A stretch of 64,000 bases of DNA from Raja brachyura (lineage: Eukaryota). Made by a program: the position numbers and the translations under genes. This document shows, piece after piece, positions 1-12,876 of this stretch. The DNA is taken from NCBI GenBank assembly GCA_963514005.1, contig OY740783.1, forward strand, positions 79,918,001 through 79,982,000, given 5' to 3'. The notes beneath the pieces were generated by a model. The model searched no databases. It worked only from the letters and a program-made list of their open reading frames with translations, and was not told the DNA's origin. Numbering within the stretch: position 1 is the first letter of the stretch; each line of letters begins with the position of its first letter.

Positions 1-2460
1 ATGGTAATTGGTGTTATCTACAGACCCCCAAATAGTAGCCTGGATGGAGGGTGTAAGTTGCAGCAGGAGTTAAAACTGGCATGTAACAAAGGTAATGCCA
101 CTGTGGTGATGGCGGAGTTCAATGTGTAGGTAGACTGGAAAAATCAGGTTGGTTCAGGACCCCAAGAAAGAGAGTTTGTAGAGTGCTTCCGAGATGGATT
201 CTTAGAGCAGCTTGTCATGGAGCCGACCAGAGAAAAGGCGATTCTGGATTTAGTGTTGTCCAATGAACCAGATATCATAAGAGAACTTGAGGTAAAGGAA
301 CCTCTTGGAGGCAGTGATCATCATAAGATTCGTTTTAATCTGCAATTTGAGAAGGAGAACGTTAAATCAGAAATGTCAGTGATGCCGTTGGACAAAGGGG
401 ACTATGATGGCATGAGAGAGGAGCTGGCCAAGCTAGACTGGAAAGGAATCCAGCAGCAATGATGGTGGAACAGTAATGGCAGGAATTTCTGGGCATAATT
501 CGGATGACATAGGATCATTTCATTCCAAAAAGGAAGAAGGATTCTAAGGGGTGTAGGAGGCAACCGTGGCTGACAAGAGAAGGGATAGAATAAAACTAAA
601 AGAAAAGATGTATGACACAGCAAAGATTAGCCAGAAGCCAGAGGATTAGGAAACTTTCATAGGACAACAGAAGGAAACAAAACTGGCAATATGGGCTGAA
701 AAGATGAAGTACGAAGGGAAGCTGGTTAGGAATATAAAGAAGGACAGTAAAAGCTTCTTTAGATATGTTAATGGAAAAAGAGTAGCAAAGTCAAATGTGG
801 GTCCCTTGAAGGCAGACACGGGTGAAATGATTACGGGTAACAAGGAAATGGCAGAAGAGTTGAATAGGTACTTCGGATCTGTCTTCACTAAGGAAGACAC
901 AAACAATCTCCCAGATTTACTGGAGGACCGAGGATCTAAGGGGGTAGAGGAACTGAAAGAAATTTTCATTAGGTGAGAAATAGTATCGGGTAGGCTAATG
1001 GGACTGAAGGATAATAAATCCCCTGGGCCTGTTGGTCTGCATCCCAGTGTCCTCAGGGAGGTGGCTCTAGAAATAGTGGATGCATTGGTGATTGCAGTGG
1101 ATGCAGTGGATTGGAGGATAGCTAACATTATCCCCCTTTTCAAGAAAGGAGCGAGAGAGAAAACGGAGAATTACAGACCAGTTAGCCTGACTTTGGTGGT
1201 GGGAAAGATGCTGGAGTCAATTATTAAAGAGGTAATAATGGGGCATTTGGATAACAGTAAAAGATTAGTCCAAGTCGACATGGATTTATGAAAGGGAAAT
1301 CATGCTTGACTAATCTTCTGTAATTTTTTGAGGATGTGACAAGTAAAATGGATGAAGGGGTGCCAGTGGATGTAGTGCATCTAGACTTTCAGAAAGCCTT
1401 TGATAAGGTCCCGCACGGGAGACTGGTGACTACAATTAGAACACATGGTATTGGGGGTAGGGTGTTGACATGGATAGAAAATTGGTTGGCAGACAGGAAG
1501 CAAAGAGTAGGAGTGAACAGGTCCTTTTCAGAATGGCAGGCAGTGGAGTGCCGCAAGGCTCGGTGTTGGGGCCACAACTGTTGACCATATATATTAATGA
1601 TTTGGAAGAGGGAATTAAGAACAACACTAGCAAGTTTGCAGATGACACAAAGCTGGTTGGCAGTGTGAACTGTGAAGAGGATGTTAGGAGGTTGCAGGGT
1701 GACCTGGACAGGTTGAGTGAGTGGGCAGATGCAGTATAATATAGATAAATGTGAGGTTATCCACTTTTGGGGCAAAAAAAAGGGGGCAGATTATTATCTC
1801 AATGGGGTTATGTTAGGCAAGTGGAAGGTGCAGCGAGACCTGGGCATCCTTGTACACCAGTCACTGAAAGTTGGCGTGCAGGTACAGCAGGCAATGAAGA
1901 AAGCTAATGGAATGTTGGCTTTCATAACAAGAGGATTTCAGTATTGGAGTAGAAGTTCTTCTGCAGTTGTATAGGCTCTGGTGAGACCACATCTGGAGTA
2001 TTGTGTCCAGTTTTGGTATCCTAATCTAGATGAGAAAGGCTTCTCTCCTGGCCCAGTGTAAAGATCGTAATCTATAAGATCTTATAGACACATATAAAAT
2101 TATAAAAGGACTGGACAAGCTAGATGCAGGAAAAATGTTCCCAATGTGGGGCGAGTCCTGAACCAAGGGTCACAGTCTTAGAATAAAGGGGAAGCCATTT
2201 AAGACTGAGGTGAGAAAAAACGTTTTCACCCGGAGAGTTGGGAATTTGTGGAATTCCCTGCCACAGAGGGCAGTGGAGGCCGTCACTGGGTGGATTTGAG
2301 AGAGAGTTAGATTGATCTCTAGGGGCGAGTGGAATCAAGGATTATGGAGAGAAGGCAGGCATGGGTTATTGATTGGGGACGATCAGCCATGATCACAATG
2401 AATGGTGGTGCTGGCTCGAAGGGCCGAATGGCCTCCTCCTGCACCTATTTTCTATGTTTC
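1..2460 (+). mobile_element. CR1-clade LINE, decayed ORF2 (endonuclease C-terminus, RT, 3' tail)
   Basis: Fragmented ORFs carry EPTR..ILDLV..N and SDHH (endonuclease), KSPGP.G.HP.VL, NYRPVSLT, DFQKAFDKVPH, GVPQGSVLGP and KFADDTK (RT); multiple stops and frameshifts; 3' tail ...CCTATTTTCTATGTTTC. Confidence 0.95.
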
Positions 2461-2629
2461 CAAGTTCTCCTCCACTCACCAACAAGATTTCTGGGAGATC
2501 TTCTCTTACTGCTCCGCATTGATTCCTGGTGTCCTTCTGCTCGTCGACCATGTTCTGACTCCGACTTGCTTCCACAGCATGTGTCTTTCCTCACTTGCCT
2601 TCACTTCCATCACACCACATGGCTTCCAG

Positions 2630-2755
2630 CAAGAGTATGAAGAGGGGGTCACGATCCCGAAGCATTATTTGTCTACTCTCTCCACAGTTACTTTTTGATC
2701 AACTGAGTTCCTCCAGCACTTTGTTTTTGCAAAATATTCCAACATCTGCAGTTTG
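2630..2755 (+). mobile_element. Penelope terminal fragment, degenerate
   Basis: TGAAGAGGGGGTCACGATCCCGAAGC followed by CTGAGTTCCTCCAGCACTTTG and CATCTGCAGTT, like other Penelope ends in the window. Confidence 0.6.
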
Positions 2756-4107
2756 TTCAATCACAATCAAATCAAATTGTCAATAGTCCAATCAATCTTT
2801 ATGGTCCGCATGTGCTGTACAGTGAAATTCTAGCACCAATCAATATATTTTGGTGCCATTTACAATAGGAAAAGAAAGTCCAAAGTCTGGTCCACATGCG
2901 GGATGCACTGAAGCATCCCCGATCCAGGTAAGCCCCAGGCTTCTGTAGGGCCTCGTCCATCGACCTCGGCCCGCCAAATGATGTTATAAGTGATAGGATT
3001 AGAATTAGGCCATTTGGCCCAAGTCCACTCCGCCATTCAATCATGGCTGATCTATCTCTCGCTCCTAACCCCATTCTCCTGCCTTCTCACCATGACCTCT
3101 GGCACCCGCACCAATCAAAAATCTATCTATCGCTGCCTTAAACGTATCCGCTGACTTGGCCTCCACAGCCTTCTGTGGAAAAGAATTGAACAGATTCACC
3201 ACCCTCTGAATAAAGAAATGTCTTCTCATCTCCTTCCCAATATAACATCCTTTAATTCTGAAGCTATGACCTCTAGTCCTAGACCCTCCCACTAGTGGAA
3301 ACATCCTCTCCACATCCACTCTATCCAAGCCTTTCACTATTCTGTATGTTTCAATCAGGTCCCCCCTCATTCTTCTAAATTCCAATGAGTACAGGCCCAG
3401 TACTGACAAATCCTCATCATAGGTTAACCTACTCATTCCTGGGATTATTCTTGTAAACCTCTTCTAGACCCTCTCCAGAATCAGCACATCCTTCTGCAGA
3501 TATGATGCCCAAAATTGCTGGCAATATTCCAAATGTGGCCTTACCAGCACTTTATAGAGCCTCAGCATGACATCTCTGGTTTTGTATATAAACCCTTTTG
3601 AAATAAATGCTCGCATTGAGTTTGCTTTCTGTACCACTGATCCAACCTGCAGATTAACTTTTTGGGAATCCTGCACCCGCACTCCCAAGTCCCTTTGCAC
3701 CTCCAATTTCTGGATTCTCTCCCCAATTAGAAAATAGTCTATGCCTTTATTCCTATTACCAAAATGTATGACTCCACACTTTGCTACACTATATTCCATC
3801 TGCCACTTCTCTGCCCACTCTTCCAACCTGTCCAAAGTGTTCTGCAGAGTTCCTGTTTCCTCTTCACTACCTGCCCTTCCACCTATTTTCGTATCATCCG
3901 CAAACATGACCGCAAAGCCTTCAATCCACTTGTCCAAATCATAAATATACAACGTGAAGAGTAGCGCCCCCAGCACCGACCCCTGCGGAACTCTGCTAGT
4001 CACTGGTAGCCAACCAGAAAATCCCCCTTATCAAAGGGCTTTCTGAAAATCCAAATAACCATCTACTGACTCTTCTCTGTCTATCCTACTATTTAATATA
4101 CTACTAT

Positions 4108-4247
4108 TTGGATAGGTATATGGATGGGAAGGGAATGGAGGGGTATGGTCTGAGTGCAGGTAGATGGGACTAGGGGAAAATAAATGGTCTGCACGGACTG
4201 GAAGGGCCGAGAAGGCCTGTTTCCGTGCTGTAATTGTTATATGGTTA
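4108..4247 (+). mobile_element. 3' end of a young CR1 subfamily (TTATATGG tail)
   Basis: Nearly identical to 44137-44281 and 46768-46917. Confidence 0.9.
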
Positions 4248-4527
4248 CTTCTTCAAAGAATTCCAGTAAAATTGTCAAGCAAGGCCTCCACTTCACAAAG
4301 CCATGCTGACTTTGGCCTATTTTATTGTGAACCTCCACGCACTCCATAACCCCATCCTGTATAATGGATTCTAAAATCCGACCAACCACCGGTCAGACTA
4401 CAATTCCCAGTATTCTGCTTTGCTCCCTTCTTGTGCACGAGGGAAAATTGGCAATTTTCCAATCATCTGGGACCTCTCCAGTCTCTAGTGATTCTTGAAA
4501 TATCACTGTCAATGCCTCTACAATCTC

Positions 4528-5125
4528 TAATCATAATCATAAACATAATCATACTTTATTAGCCAAGTATTTTTTGCAACATACGAGGAATTTGATTTGC
4601 CATAGTCATACCATTTAAAAAAAAACAACAACACACACTAAATACATTTTAATCCTCCACATTCCTCACTGTGGACAAAACAAAAGTGCAATCATTTCCC
4701 TTCTTTGTTCTCCCGCGGTTGGGGCCCCCGAGCCTTCCATTGATGGGATGATCTTGGCTCCCACAGCTGGCAGTGGAGACCTCTGCGTAGGGGTGATCAA
4801 GCTCCTGCATCAGGGGGATGTCAGCTCCCCATGCTGGGTGATCGACCCCGGGTCTGGTCGAACCTTCTGCAACTTTGGAGCTTCCCGACTCGGCCTCTAC
4901 CCGAGACTGTGAGCTCCTCGATGGTGAAATCCGCAGGTTGCGGTTGGAGCGTCAATCCCAGGTAAGGGATCGGCACAGTCCCTGTGGTTGGGCTGAAAGT
5001 CAATCAGTCCCGAGCAAGGCCTCCAAATCCATGATATTAGACCGCAGAGCGATGGGAGATACAATCCGGAAAACAATCTCCGGTAAGATATTGAAGAAAA
5101 GTTTCCACGAACACTCCACCCCCCT
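4528..5125 (-). mobile_element. Non-autonomous retroposon related to the 28101/46921/59779 family, with a different (ATGATT)n tail
   Basis: Shares the CACAGTGAGGAATGTGG and GGAAACTTTT..CGGAGAT blocks in reverse orientation; AATAAA plus microsatellite tail at 4528-4561. Confidence 0.7.
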
Positions 5126-5899
5126 GTTGGTGAGACTGCCATCGTGGTGGTATATTAAAGACACCTCTTTCAGAATCCTAGAGTTCAGTCCATCTGATCC
5201 AGGTGACTTATCCACCTTCAGCCCTTTCAGCTTCCCAAGCACCCCCTCCCTAATTATAGCCATTCCGCAGAGCATCCCAGGAACTTTCTACCATGCACCA
5301 TTTTCAACTTTGCTTTCCGCAAACCCCCGGTGGTACACCGGGCAAATGAATATTCGGAGCAGAATTTGAAGTTGTCCTCAGATGCTGTCAAGTAAAAATC
5401 ATAAAGATTGCCATTTTTAGTGGCATAGATGATTTTAGAATACTTGTTTTACCTGGTTATTGTATTGGTTTTCCTTACTAATAGGGTTCTTTATTTATCA
5501 TGGGAATCCTTCTGGCAATTCCATTCTGGCTAGAAGAGTTCCTTTTAGAAGGAACATGGGAATTGCCCACTGTTGGAAGGAAGGATAGGGGAGCAGTTAG
5601 CTACTATCTCCCAGTGCAGTGAATGAGAAGGTTTCTCAAGGGGATGTTGCTGCATGTTTGTATCATACACAGGACACTGAGGGAAATTCCACTGTTCTTC
5701 TTTGGAGGGAAAGATATTCAAAAATAAATCCTTGCATGACGAAATGTGCTTGATATGACACAAAGAATGCAAGTGATGTCTTCTTACAAAAGTAAAGATG
5801 GAAATTTTAATATAATAATTAGTTAAGGAGTAGGTCACCTGAGAAAGCTGAGGTGAAATATCCTGTGTAAGAAAGAACTGCACATGCTTAAATCGAAGC

Positions 5900-7208
5900 T
5901 AGACACAAAATGCTGGAGTAACTCAGTGGGACAGGCAGCATCTGTGGAGATAAGGAATGGGCGACATTTCGGGTTGAGACCCTTCTGCAGACTGATGTCA
6001 GGGGAGAGGGCGGGACAAATATAAAATTTAGTCGGAGACAGTAAGACTAGTGGGAGAACTGGGATGGGGATGGAGAGAGAAAGTAAGGGCTATCTGTAGT
6101 TAGAGAAGTCAATGTTTATATCGCTGGGGTGTAAATTATCCAAGAAAAATATGAGGTGCTGTTCCTCCAATTTGTGCTGGGCCTCACTCTGACAATGGAG
6201 GAGGCCCAGGACAGAAAGGTCAGATTGGGAATGGGAGATGGGGTTGAAGTGTTGAGCCACCGGGAGATCAGGTAGGTTGACGGACTGAGCGGAGGTGTTC
6301 AGTGAAACGATTGCCGAGCCTGCACTTAGTCTCGCTGATGTAGAGACGTTAACACCTGGAACAGCGGATACTGTAGATGAGATAGGAGAAGGTGCAAGTG
6401 AACTTCTGCCTCACCTGGAAAGACTATTTGGGTGCTTGCATGGAGTCAAGGGGGAAGTTAAAGAGACAGGTGTTGCATTTCCTGCGGTTGCAGGGGAAAG
6501 AACCTGGCATGGTTTGGGTGGGAACGGCCATGTTTTCGGAGGGAACGGTCTCTGCGGAAATCAGAAAGGGGTGGAGATGGGAAGATGTGGCCAGTAGTGG
6601 GATCCCGTTGGAGGTGGTGAAAATGTTGAATATGCTGTATGCGACTGCTGATGGGGTGGAAGGTGAGGACAAGGGGGACTCTGTCCTTGTTAGGAATGGG
6701 GGGAGGGGAAGTAAAGGCTGAGCTGCGGGATATCGAGGAGACCCTAGTGAGAGCCACATCCATAAGTGGAAGAGGGGAACCCCCGTTCCCTAATGAATGA
6801 GGATGTCTCCGATGCTCTCTTCTGGAACACCTCATCCTGGCGCAGATGCGGCGTAGATGGAGGAATTTGGAGTAGGGTATAGCATCTTTACAGGAAGCAG
6901 GGTGGGAAGGAATGTAGTCAAGATAGCCAAGGGAGTCAGTAGGTTTGTAGTAGTTGTCGGTCAATAGTCTGTTTCCTGTGATGGAGACGGTGAGATCTAG
7001 AAATGGTAGGGAGATGTCGGATATGGTCCAAGTCCGTTTGAGTGCAGGATGGAAATAAGCACCAATGCATTAGTCAATGTAGCGGGAGTAGAGTTTGGGG
7101 ATGGGGCCAGTGTACGCCTGGAACAGGGATTGTTCGACGTGCCCTACAAAGAGGCCGGCATAGCAAGTGCCCATAGGTACGCCTTGGATTTGGAGGAAGT
7201 GGGAGGAG
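5900..7208 (-). mobile_element. Penelope-like element (RT C-terminus, GIY-YIG endonuclease, terminal repeat), decayed
   Basis: YKPTDS..YLDY..SHP..CK.AIPYS.FL.LRRIC, VPLVLTFHP and FPCNRRKCNTC motifs; terminal sequence at 5900-5995 is shared with many short copies. Confidence 0.92.
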
Positions 7209-7694
7209 GTGAGATATCTGACAGCTGTTGGAGTTAATGCTTTACTTCCCCTGTATGTTTACATCCGATGGCAAGGACTCATTCTCTAATCAGAATAGGA
7301 GGCTTTTTGTTCAGTCTGATGCAATGAACCACAGAATTCCGATGAGTCATCCTAAAAGTGTGTTTAAAAAATTCCCAGCTCCGGATGAAAATTCTTATTT
7401 TGAACAGTCAACTTCCTGACATAATAACAAATGTCAAAACATATATTTTGAAAATCAAACATGAAAGCCAAGAAAAAGGATGTGCTATTATAAAATGCTT
7501 TGCAGCAAGGCAATTGGGCCTAAATATCTACAATTGAGATGCAAGAGTATCTGCTTTTCACCGTAATTAATAAGCTGCAAAGTTACAAGAAAGGGTGTGG
7601 GTTCCAGATAATGCCAAATGTTTTTTTGGTTAAAAGATGAATTATGCCCATCCAATTGCACTGTGAGGGCCTTTTAATGATTGGCTTTAAGGGA

Positions 7695-7850
7695 ATAAAC
7701 AGTGCATGAAAGAGCCTCAGCATTACATCCCTTTTGTATTCTAGCCCTGTCGAAATAAATGCTAGCATTGCATTTGCCTTCCTTACTACCGATTTGACAT
7801 GCACATTTTTGGGGAATCCTTCGACTTGCAAATTAACTTTTTGGGAATGG
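7695..7850 (-). mobile_element. CR1 RT fragment
   Basis: VVRKANAMLAFISTGLEYKRDVMLRL. Confidence 0.85.
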
Positions 7851-8194
7851 TTGTGGATGCTAGAGACCAGTCACCCAGGAGTGCAGGAGTCCCTTGGAGC
7901 AGTGTCCTAACCCCTATCATTATCAGCATTTTGCCATTTACTCAGAAGTGTGGATGGATGCTGATGTTTGTGTAAAACCTTTATTTATATTTTGGCTTGC
8001 TGTGATTTCCGAGATAACGCTGCCACCCACAGCCGTCATTTTTGGCCAGCTCGCACAAAGCCCCCCTCTGCATTCCAGGACCAAAGGAGGAACCAGAGGG
8101 TCATGTCTCTCTGAGCTCTGAATAGCATTGAACACATGTCTACTCAACTGTGAGTGCCCTTAATGTGGTTTGAAAATTAAAATATGGTTGCTTT

Positions 8195-8382
8195 GATGTA
8201 AAAAGGCACTGCCTGTAAATGTTTGTTTGGGGGGTTGGGTTGAAATTAAAAGGCACTACTACAAATGGTGGCTTGTGTGCTTTGGCTTTAAGTGGAAAGG
8301 CACTACTGCAAATGGTGGCTTTAGTGCTTTGGCTTGAAGTGGAAAGGCACTAATGCAAATAGTGGCTTGAGTGCTTTGGCTA
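8195..8382 (+). repeat. 47-bp tandem repeat, about 4 copies, inside the Helitron
   Basis: AGGCACT recurs at 8204, 8251, 8298 and 8345. Confidence 0.85.
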
Positions 8383-8721
8383 ACTTCCTGTTTGCACTGT
8401 ATATTGTTTTTAGATAAAACACTACCAAACGGCTGTGATCTTTGGCCATCTTACTCATTCCCCCTCCGCTCAGCAGGTGCAGAGGATTCTTCCCATCAAT
8501 GAAAAATAAGTGTTATTAGTGTTTAAAAAATGTTGAGAATCTCTCTCCTGTCATGAAGGCCACACCTTTTCCGGTGGGAGGGGGAGGGGTTATAAAACCC
8601 AGAAGTAAGGGTGTGGCTCAGTCTCTGCATGATGGGGGAGGGAGAGGTCACGACTCTGAGCTGTGAATAAACTGAATGTCTACTGAACTGTGTTTGGTGT
8701 GTTGTGTGGTTTTATGGTGGT

Positions 8722-9030
8722 TTCGCCCTGCTTGAAATGGTATGAAACTGCATTTGAATGTGGTGGCGTTGCACCCTGCATGAAATGGTATGAAGCTGCA
8801 CTTGAATTTGGTGGCTTTGCACCCTGCTTGAAGTGGTATGAAATTGCACTTGAATTTGGTGGCCTTGCATCCTGCTTAAAGTGGTAGGAAACTGCACAAA
8901 TTCGTTGGCCTTGCACCCTGCTTGAAGTGGTAGGAAACTGCACTTGAATTTGGTAGCCTTGCACCCTGCTCGAAGTGGTAAGAAACTGCACTTGAATTTG
9001 GTGGCCTTGCACTCTGCCTGAAATGGAATT
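8722..9030 (+). repeat. 48-bp tandem repeat, about 6 copies, inside the Helitron
   Basis: Unit GCACCCTGCTTGAAGTGGTAGGAAACTGCACTTGAATTTGGTGGCCTT; accounts for the repetitive ORFs at 8680-9127. Confidence 0.92.
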
Positions 9031-9495
9031 TCAAGGTATAGCCGTGAGTCAACTGCCAGCCCACCAGCCGTGAGTGAGCTGCCAGCACATCATGCTTGAG
9101 GGACTGAGCTGCCACCCCAAGAACCAATTTGTTCCCACAATGTCCATACTAGCCCTCTGGAGACCAGTAGTCCCTGCAGCCAACAACACCCATACCAGCG
9201 CTCCAGAAAGCCCCCCTCCACCACTGGCCACCAATATTGGAATTGGTGGAGAGGTGGAATATTGCATCAGGGGACCAGCCCTCAAGTGTGAATATGGGAC
9301 CCAACGGGTCCCACTTAGTCTAGTTCAATTCTATTTGCAAATCCTCAGCAAATTAATTAGATACAGATAACAAGGTTTAAACCACATTTAAACATGTCTT
9401 AATATGTTTCAATGAGATGACAACAGTACCATTCCAACATGTTAGAATGCGCTGCAATCATTTATCCTTTCAAAGATTGGCTGCTTAAATTGAAA

Positions 9496-9815
9496 GGGGC
9501 AGCACAGCTGTGCAGCTGGTAGAGCTGCTGCCTCACAGCACCAGAGACCTGGGTTTGATCCTGAGCTCAGGAACTGTGTGTGGAGTTTGCATGTCCTCCT
9601 TGTGATCTTGTGGGTTTCCTCTGGATTCTCTGTAACATCCCAAAAATATGTGGGTTTTTATGTTATTTGGCCACTGTAAATTGTCCCTTATGTGTAGATA
9701 GTGGATGAGAATGTGGGATAACATAGAACTAGTCTGAGCGGGTGATAGATGATCAATGTGATCTCAGTGGGCCGAAGGGTCTGTTTCCATGCAGTATCTC
9801 TAAATTAAACTAAAT
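9496..9815 (+). mobile_element. tRNA-derived SINE (HE1-like)
   Basis: tRNA-like head with GGGTTTGATCC B box, GTGGAGTTTGCATG core, CR1-like tail GGGCCGAAGGG..TGTTTCC and (TAAAC)n. Confidence 0.88.
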
Positions 9816-9831
9816 TAACAGGCAAGAACCA

Positions 9832-10665
9832 TCTCAAACAAGGAAGATACAAAATGCTGGAGAAGCTCAGTTGGTGAGGCAGCATCTATGGAGAGAAGGA
9901 AAGGGTGATGTTTCGGGTCGAGACCCTTTTTCAGACTGATGTCAGGGGAGGGGGTAGGGCAAAGGAAGAAAGTAGGCAGAGATGGTGGGACTAGTAGGGG
10001 AACTGTGAACATGGAGGGGATAGAGAGAGAGCAAGGGCTATCTGATATTGGAGAACTCAACATGTAAACTACCCAAGCAAAATATGAGGTGCTGTTCCTC
10101 CAATTTGTGCTGGGCTTCACTCTGACAATGGTGGAGGCCCAGGACTGAAAGGTCCGATTGGCAATGGGCGTGCAGGGCCACCAGGAGATCAGTTTAGTTA
10201 ATACGGACTGTGCGGAGGTGTTCAGCGAAACGATCGCCGACCCTGCGCTTGGTCTCGCCGATGTAGAGAAGTTGACTGTAGAACAGCAGATGCAGTAGAT
10301 GAGGTTGGAGGAGGTGCAAGTGAACCTCTGCCTCACCTGGAAAGACTGTTTGGATCCTTGGATGGAGTCAAGGGGGGAAGGTAAAGAGACAGGTGTTGCA
10401 TTTCCTGCGGTTGCAGGGGAAAGAACCTGGGGTGGTTTGGGTGGGAAGGGCCATGTTGACCAGGGATTTGCAGAGGAAACTGTCTTTGCAGAAAGCAGAA
10501 AGGGGTGGAGATGGGCAGATATGGCCAGTAGTGGAATCCCTTTGGAGGTGGCGGAAATGTTAGAGGATTTATCATGTGGAAGGTGAGACTCTGTCCTTGT
10601 TACGAGAGTGGTGAGGGGGAGTAAGAGCAGAGCTGCGGGATATCGAGGAGACCCTTGTAAGAGTC
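9832..10665 (-). mobile_element. Penelope-like element, GIY-YIG region plus terminal repeat
   Basis: FTCTSSNLIYCICCS followed by frameshifted LYIGETKR; similar to 5900-6750. Confidence 0.9.
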
Positions 10666-10749
10666 TCACTGATCCCCTTTTGGGGTTTAGCAACATCCTC
10701 TCCCACTGCTCCCCCTTTGTGATTCCTCCTTCCCTCCGAATCGTCCACT

Positions 10750-11500
10750 CAAACAAGGAAAAGTCCAATCAGCACTTCTTGACATTCAACGGCTGTCCAA
10801 TTGCTGGGACCTCCAAACTCAATGTCCCAAGGGTTACAAATGATCACAAACACAATGACACCACCCACATAATTTGCATGGCTACAAGAACAAGTCAGAT
10901 ACTGAGTATCCTACGGCAAGTCACTGATCTTCTGACAGCTCAAAGCCTTTCCACCATGTACAAGGCACAAATCAGGAGGGATCATTTCAGCTGCACAATT
11001 CTCAGGATAAAGCAATCCATTTTATTGGAACCCTAAACATTCATTTCCTCCACCACAGACACATTGTGGCCGCTATCAGCTCATTATCTCTGACAAAATG
11101 CATTATAGTTCTTAAGGGCCTGTCCCACTTGGGCATCATTTGCACGTCATTTACGCAGCATCATTTACGCGTAACGCGCGAACGACGCCCAAGTGGGACA
11201 GGCCCTTTACTTGCCTTCACTATTCTGACAGGATCTTCTAACATGTAGTCTACGCTTCAAGAAGGACAAAGATTTATTTGGCATGGATGTAGTTCCGTCT
11301 CTGAGATGTGTGACATCTTTACTCGGAAATACTTTGCCCATCACTGCTGAGTCTAATTCCTGGAACTCTATCCAACAACATTGTGAGTGTACCTTCATTA
11401 ATCATTCAGAAGCAGTTTATGAAGACAGCCCACTACTTTAAGACAACTAGGGATGGGCAACAAATAATTATTTTGCTGGCAACGAACAGCTTCCTGGAAA
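10750..11500 (+). mobile_element. Old LINE 3' fragment (CR1/L2 group), interrupted by a MITE
   Basis: LSILRQVTDLLTAQSLSTMYKAQIR resembles the RT C-terminal region; tail ACTAGGGATGGGCAACAAAT. Confidence 0.6.
11115..11206. mobile_element. PIF/Harbinger-type MITE, 92 bp
   Basis: Perfect TIR AGGGCCTGTCCCACTTGGGC with a TTA target duplication on both sides. Confidence 0.9.
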
Positions 11501-12112
11501 TTAACAAGCAAAACTGAAGTCTCATGTTTTCAGTTAACAGAAGCTATCACAATTACATATTATGCAAAGATTTAAAGTTAATCCTTTCGTTTAGGGCAAC
11601 ATTTTTAACATTACAGAACACAAAGCAAGTCCAGTGCAAACGGGGAAATAGGAGTTAACTCAATTGTTCACCCACCCACTCCGAATTTATTTTGACACAA
11701 GGTTTTTGTCTTTCACCGGCAGGTTCTGCTAAGTGGAAACAATCGTATAACCTGCCAACCTTTAACACTGTTATTGTGCATCATGACTGTCCCTTGAAAA
11801 TATTGATCACAATTACAATAATTCCTACTCTGCAATTATTATGATTCCAGTAGTAAATAATATTTGACATAAAGTCATGCCTTCAATTTCCATTTCTCCT
11901 CACAATATATGTAAACAGAAATGGAATGGAGACCATTATAATTGGTAATCTCTCTCATACACTTCGTACCTTTCACACAAAATCAGCATAAAATCCACTT
12001 TAATTAGTGCAGCTTCAAATAAATTAATCACAGATAATTTGACTTCTAAGGCAGTGTCTAGTACACCAACTATTTAAAAAAACAATTTTAAATAGCTAAA
12101 AATAAGAACAGT

Positions 12113-12490
12113 TAGACAAAAATGCTGGAGAAGCTGAGCAAGTAAGGCAGCATCTGCTCTCGCTCTGTTATCACTACAGTACTCTGCTATCAACAGCTTC
12201 AAGACAAAACACCCCAAACCCCTGGTCATTGAAGCCAGACACTTCAATCAAGCCAACCTCAGGAGCGTAGTACCAAAGTACTATCAGCAAGTCTCTTGTC
12301 CTACCATGGGCCATACACATCAATAGAAAAAGCCCCGTTCCTTGATAACTTCAAGAAATCTGACCACCTAGCTGTGCTTCTGATGCTGCCTCAACTGCTA
12401 AGTTTCTCCTTAGATGCTGCCTCACCCGCTGAGTTTCTGCAGCATTTATGTCTACCTTCGATTTTCCAGCATCTGCAGTCCCTTCTTAAA
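12113..12490. mobile_element. Inverted Penelope termini enclosing a Rex1/Babar endonuclease fragment
   Basis: 12113-12157 and about 12405-12490 are opposite-orientation Penelope ends; 12180-12385 closely matches 14734-14955. Confidence 0.75.
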
Positions 12491-12876
12491 AATAACAACA
12501 CATCCTTTTGGTTGTCATATTTTAGATGAGCTGGTCAGTTCCTTGACGTGACCCGTGGCTTATCGTCCTCCTGGTGCCTCAGGACGACTTGATCGATGTC
12601 CCAATGGAGCTGCCGGCCCCACAAGTCCAACCAGGTACAGGCCCCAACCCATGGGCAGCGGGCAATTCCACTGCCTGATTTCAACGCCCCACGGACAATG
12701 AACCTAACCTCCCAACAGTGGATCCCGACAGCGAAGCCCAACCAAGCTGCAAACCTGACCTCCGGGACTGTCAGGCACTGACAATGACCAACCGACCGAT
12801 CAATGGGAGCCAGTCGGGCCAGAAACCCGACCGCCTTCTGGACTGAATAATGGCACCACCAGACCTTTGGAAGTAC

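Larger units (their letters stand above)
2985..5265 (-). mobile_element. CR1 LINE, decayed, interrupted by two insertions (4108-4247 and 4528-5125)
   Basis: ORF 3464-4003 has VPQGSVLG, FADDTKIGG and LVRPHLEYC; ORF 3065-3436 has LYSLEFRRMRGDLIETY; KSPGSDGLNSRILKE at about 5160-5230. Confidence 0.93.
7965..9323 (+). mobile_element. Non-autonomous Helitron (5' boundary uncertain)
   Basis: 3' end GGGACCC-AAC-GGGTCCC hairpin, then ACTTAGT-CTAG followed by T (9296-9324); subterminal sequence shared with 57200-57293; internal minisatellites. Confidence 0.78.

Noticed and set aside
646-1775. Antisense ORFs over CR1, Penelope and Tx1 coding regions (also 63491-63901)
   Set aside because: Shadow frames of retroelement ORFs with no independent motifs.
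8722-9030. Regular repeats resembling a CRISPR array or a repeat-protein ORF
   Set aside because: Head-to-tail 48-bp units with no unique spacers and no cas genes, in eukaryotic context; the ORFs are by-products of the repeat.
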